DNA from: Bacteroidaceae bacterium
Lineage (GTDB): Bacteria; Bacteroidota; Bacteroidia; Bacteroidales; Bacteroidaceae
Direction of reading: 5' to 3'
NCBI GenBank assembly: GCA_017383485.1
Contig: JAFNXM010000027.1
Span: forward strand, 64,739-128,738
Length of the DNA stretch: 64,000 bases
A program made the translations under genes and the position numbers. The notes beneath the pieces were generated by a model. The model was given only the letters and a program-made list of their open reading frames with translations. It was not told the DNA's origin and searched no databases. Positions 60,356-64,000 of the stretch are shown here, in pieces; the stretch's first letter is position 1, and each line of letters begins with the position of its first letter.

Positions 60356-61351
60356 ATGAATCCACGTTTCACCATACTGACCGCCGTATACAATGCCCAG
60401 GCCTATGTGGCCGAGTGCATCGAGTCCGTCTTGTCGCAAACCTGCGCCGAGTGGCAAATGATATGTATCGACGACTGTTCGACTGACGAGTCAAAGCAGA
60501 TACTGCACCAATACGCCGCGCGAGATAGTCGCATTCAGGTGATGCAGACCAAGGTGAATAGTGGACAAGCCGTAGCGCGCAACGTGGGATTGAAGGTAGC
60601 GAAGGGCGAATTTACCTTGATGCTCGACGCCGACGACCTGTTGTCGCCCGACGCCCTGGAGTCGGTGTGGCGAGCCCACTTGCGACATCCCGAAGTAGAC
60701 ACCTTCCTGTTCCGTCTGGAACGCTTTGACGACACAGGTTGGAGCGAAGTAGAACCGCTGGTTAGTGGACACATCACGCTGAGCGGTCGCGATGCCTGCC
60801 TGCGAGCCATCAACTGGCGCATCCATGGTTATTTTGCCATCCGCACAGACCTGCACCAGCGCCTGCCCTACGACGAGAGTTTGCGTATTTATGGCGACGA
60901 TGTCACCTCTCGTCTACACCTGTTTCATAGCCGTGCCGTAGGATTTTGCCCAGGCAGATACCGTTACCGCCAGCACGGCGCATCGTGCACCCACCATTTC
61001 AGCGTGCGTCGCATAGACTTTGTGCGCGCCAACACCCTGATGCGCCAATTGCTCGAGGAGCGGCATGCCGACGGCGATTTGTTGCGCTGTTGCGAAGCGT
61101 ATGCCTGGCGCATCTATGTAGCCATTTTCCGCGAAATGGTCATGACCGAAACGATCCTCTCGCCCACCGAGCGCGAACAGTGCGAACACTATCTGAATGA
61201 ACACCTTAGGCTGATGCGCCCATCGCGCCTGCCGTGGTCGCTACGCCTGCATCCGTCGTTCTTATTCCTGCGCCCGTACAAATTGTTCAAGGGGTATCAG
61301 ACACGCCTCCTGGCATTAAGAAAGTTAATCAAGGGCAAAAAGAAAGATTAA
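60356..61351 (+). CDS. glycosyltransferase family 2
   Basis: VYNAQAY..ECIES, IDDCSTD, NSGQAVARN.G, LDADD. Confidence 0.92.
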   Translation: MNPRFTILTAVYNAQAYVAECIESVLSQTCAEWQMICIDDCSTDESKQILHQYAARDSRIQVMQTKVNSGQAVARNVGLKVAKGEFTLMLDADDLLSPDALESVWRAHLRHPEVDTFLFRLERFDDTGWSEVEPLVSGHITLSGRDACLRAINWRIHGYFAIRTDLHQRLPYDESLRIYGDDVTSRLHLFHSRAVGFCPGRYRYRQHGASCTHHFSVRRIDFVRANTLMRQLLEERHADGDLLRCCEAYAWRIYVAIFREMVMTETILSPTEREQCEHYLNEHLRLMRPSRLPWSLRLHPSFLFLRPYKLFKGYQTRLLALRKLIKGKKKD

Positions 61352-61471
61352 CACACCATTTTGCTACCCCCGCTTAGCAGAATGATGCCAAATGTGTTAA
61401 AAAATACACCAAATGTGATGTTTTTAAGGCAATATACTTGCAAAAAGGCAGGAAACCCTTACTTTTGCATC

Positions 61472-61534
61472 GTGTTTTTCATAGTATTAGATTTAAGGTT
61501 AACAAGGTTGGGATACAGCGGTATCCCTTTTTTT
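61472..61534 (+). ncRNA. duplicated sRNA, copy B
   Basis: TACTTTTG promoter at 61460-61467; body identical to the reverse complement of 10318-10380 except for one terminator-loop base; GGGATAC-AGCG-GTATCCC-T7. Confidence 0.75.
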
Positions 61535-61680
61535 ATGCCCAAAAGTCTGGAGAAGGGGAAACACACCTGCCACAATCACCCCAAAACGCCGTGCACGTGC
61601 ACAATGTTCCACGGCGGCGACTTTTTAAGATTATTTAGGAAAGTTTAAGGTTTTTATAGAAATATCCGTCAGAAAAATCA

Positions 61681-61806
61681 GACGACATTACGGCAAAATT
61701 TCACAAACCGTTCTTCTTTTTCAAAAAAGCCTTGGAAAATTTTCACAAGGTCTTGACTTTTTTTCACGAGCCGTCGCGAAATTTTCATCAGGATTTGGCT
61801 TTTTTC
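61681..61806. repeat. 21-bp unit array 9
   Basis: 61702 cacaaaccgttcttctttttc / 61723 aaaaaagccttggaaaatttt / 61744 cacaaggtcttgacttttttt / 61765 cacgagccgtcgcgaaatttt / 61786 catcaggatttggcttttttc. Confidence 0.88.
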
Positions 61807-61820
61807 AGCAAAATATATCG

Positions 61821-61903
61821 AAAAAACAAGGGGAATCATCCCCGTCGGACGATTCCCCCACTTTTGTACTACAAAGATACATCTTTTTTCGCTAAAGTCC
61901 AAA
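61821..61903 (-). ncRNA. promoter plus ~50-nt hairpin/terminator micro-transcript, copy 3
   Basis: Minus strand: TTTGG..TATCTTTG-TAGTACAAAAGTG-GGGGAATCGTCC-GACGG-GGATGATTCCCC-TTGTTTTTT. Confidence 0.5.
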
Positions 61904-62159
61904 TTTTGTTTTACAAAAATTAACAAAACGTTCCACGAAGAAATGCCCCTTTCGCGGACTCAAAGCACCATCTCATTTCGCCGTCGCAATTCAGGCATAA
62001 TGCAAAGCATTCCTCGCCCAACTTGAGATTTGCAGGAGCAAAAGTGTTAATCTCTTCATATTCTTTGTAAAAAATGTTTCCAATCTAAAATAAATGTTTA
62101 CTTTTGCGATAGTTGAAAGACTATCTTGCAATAACGAAGAAAAACAAAAACGAAATATC

Positions 62160-63998
62160 ATGAAAAAAATGCAATTTACCAAGAAGTTGGCACAAGCCCT
62201 GATGATTGCGTCAGCAGGTCTTATAGCCACTTCATGTATCGATGACAGCTACGATTTCAGCCAGCCTATCGACTTGACTATGGGCCTCGGCGCCGAAGGC
62301 CTGGCATTAAAATTTGGTTCTACTGACTCCATCTACCTGAAAGACATCTTGCAGGTGGACAACACTGTGAAGTTGGACAAAAACAACACTTATTATCTGA
62401 TAGAAGAAGGCAGCACTAGCACAGCCTTTCATGTGAGCGAAGTGAACGCCGAGATCGACGCAGCTACACTGAGCACACACCAACGCGTAGTGAACTTCCG
62501 TGACGTATTGGAGGAAATGGGCATCCCAAGCGGCATATCTGTGCCCGTGACCACCGACTTCACCATCACGAAGCACGGCGAGGGCGAAACAGACATGTTT
62601 GAATTCGGCCTGAAAGACGTACAGGAAGATATCGTCAAGGTGTCAAAAGTATACCCCGTAGAGGGCACACACATTCGACTCAACCTGGAACTCGTAGAGC
62701 CAGAAGGCATGAATTTCAAGATTACCAAGGCGGAAAACCTCGAAATCATCATGCCCGAATATCTCGTGATCAAGAGTGTAGAAAACGGCACATTCAAAGG
62801 CAACGTAATCACCATTGACAATATCAAGGATTTCAGAAGCGGTTCTGTTTGCGACATCCTCGTAGATCACCTGGATTTGGGCGAAGACGGCGTAGTGGAT
62901 GAAAACCACGAACTCAACTTGCCATCAGAAAAGAACGTGATCAAAATGAAGGGCGACTTCACCTTTGGTGCAGCCAGCAATTTCACCATGAACGAAGACG
63001 ACTACATCGACGTAGAGTTGAAGATTTCAATCACATCAGACCTGTCAAGCAATGTCAATAAGATCTCTATCGAAAAGGTAACTGGTGTATTCAACCCTAT
63101 TATCGAACCTATCACCGAACAGTTGGACATCGCAAGCGAGCTGCCCGACTTTTTAAGGGACGACCGAGTACGTTTGACCGTATCCAACCCCACCTTGAGA
63201 TTTGACACAGACCTGAAAGACATTCCATTAAACCTCGGTCTCAGCGGCCAACTCATTGCGAAAAAGAACGACGATCCCAACTTTGCCGAAAGGGTCGATC
63301 TGCCTGGTAATAACAAGGAAATTATCGTCAAGGGTGGTGTAAATTCTCGTACTTACTTCTATCAAGCAGACAAGCCCTATGATCCTACGCTCGAAGGCGA
63401 GGCTGAAGGCGAAATGTATCAAATCCAGGGTCTCTCAAATTTGGTCAAGCAAATCCCCGACTATATCGAAGTAAACATTGGTGGCGGACAAATCCACGTC
63501 GTTCAGGACAAGGAACAAACTATCTACCTGGGCAAGGACTACAACGCCGCATTGAACTACGCAGTATTCGTGCCATTTGAATTCCAAAACGGCCTATGCA
63601 TCGTCTACAACGACGAAACTGAAAGCATCGGCGCAGACTTGCAAGACTTCCAGGCACCAGGCGTAGAAATCACTGGCAAGGTGATCAGCACCCTCCCCTT
63701 GGATGTAGTAGCAAAGGCAGTACCCCTCGACGCTGAGGGCAAGAAAATCGAAGGTATCACCGTAAGCGAAGTCAAAGTACTCGGCTCGGACGGCATCAAT
63801 GCGCAAGAGACAGACGTCGTACTGGATATCGTACTGTCCGACCCAGCTTTGCTTGCAAAGGTAGACCGCATCAAGTTTGAAGTCAAGGCTGAATCTGGCG
63901 AAATCACAGGAAGTCGTTCGCTGAAATCTGATCAATTCCTGCAATTCAAAGATTTGCGCTTGAAGTTAAAGGGACAAATTGTCACTAATTTTAACTAA
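62160..63998 (+). CDS. surface lipoprotein of unknown function (DUF4621-like)
   Basis: Lipobox IATSC followed by acidic IDDSYD; beta-rich; TACTTTTG promoter at 62099-62106; start MKKMQF. Confidence 0.7.
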   Translation: MKKMQFTKKLAQALMIASAGLIATSCIDDSYDFSQPIDLTMGLGAEGLALKFGSTDSIYLKDILQVDNTVKLDKNNTYYLIEEGSTSTAFHVSEVNAEIDAATLSTHQRVVNFRDVLEEMGIPSGISVPVTTDFTITKHGEGETDMFEFGLKDVQEDIVKVSKVYPVEGTHIRLNLELVEPEGMNFKITKAENLEIIMPEYLVIKSVENGTFKGNVITIDNIKDFRSGSVCDILVDHLDLGEDGVVDENHELNLPSEKNVIKMKGDFTFGAASNFTMNEDDYIDVELKISITSDLSSNVNKISIEKVTGVFNPIIEPITEQLDIASELPDFLRDDRVRLTVSNPTLRFDTDLKDIPLNLGLSGQLIAKKNDDPNFAERVDLPGNNKEIIVKGGVNSRTYFYQADKPYDPTLEGEAEGEMYQIQGLSNLVKQIPDYIEVNIGGGQIHVVQDKEQTIYLGKDYNAALNYAVFVPFEFQNGLCIVYNDETESIGADLQDFQAPGVEITGKVISTLPLDVVAKAVPLDAEGKKIEGITVSEVKVLGSDGINAQETDVVLDIVLSDPALLAKVDRIKFEVKAESGEITGSRSLKSDQFLQFKDLRLKLKGQIVTNFN

Positions 63999-64000
63999 TC

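Noticed and set aside
5398-61806. 21-bp arrays as CRISPR arrays
   Set aside because: No constant repeat alternating with unique spacers, the period is too short, and no cas genes are present.

Overview
Bacteroidales (Prevotellaceae-like, inferred from gene content, TAnnTTTG promoters and a short Prevotella-type T9SS CTD) chromosomal segment made mostly of core genes: sulfate-activation operon cysQ-SLC13-cysC-cysD-cysN, porX, P-type ATPase, T9SS porP-K-L-M-N, upp, parC, a T9SS cargo protein, sufB, rimP-nusA-infB-cvpA, fhs, aroA, porW/sprE (split by one in-frame TAA), ansA, btuF/C-like ABC genes, ptb-buk, frdCAB, glyQS, wzc, dgt, wzx-GT2 and a lipoprotein. No CRISPR, tRNA/rRNA, prophage or transposase was seen. 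The unexplained structure is intergenic. (1) Nine dispersed arrays of 4-7 degenerate 21-bp units, built in shuffled order from two quasi-palindromic unit types. (2) Three similar 'promoter - ~45-nt hairpin - U-tract' micro-transcription units, each ending about 15-17 bp before one of these arrays. (3) Two nearly identical copies of a ~63-nt sRNA whose body is antisense to a translation-start-like sequence. (4) A 193-bp TA-flanked MITE and a second small promoter-bounded palindromic element. All product calls come from recognising motifs by eye; no database search was run.
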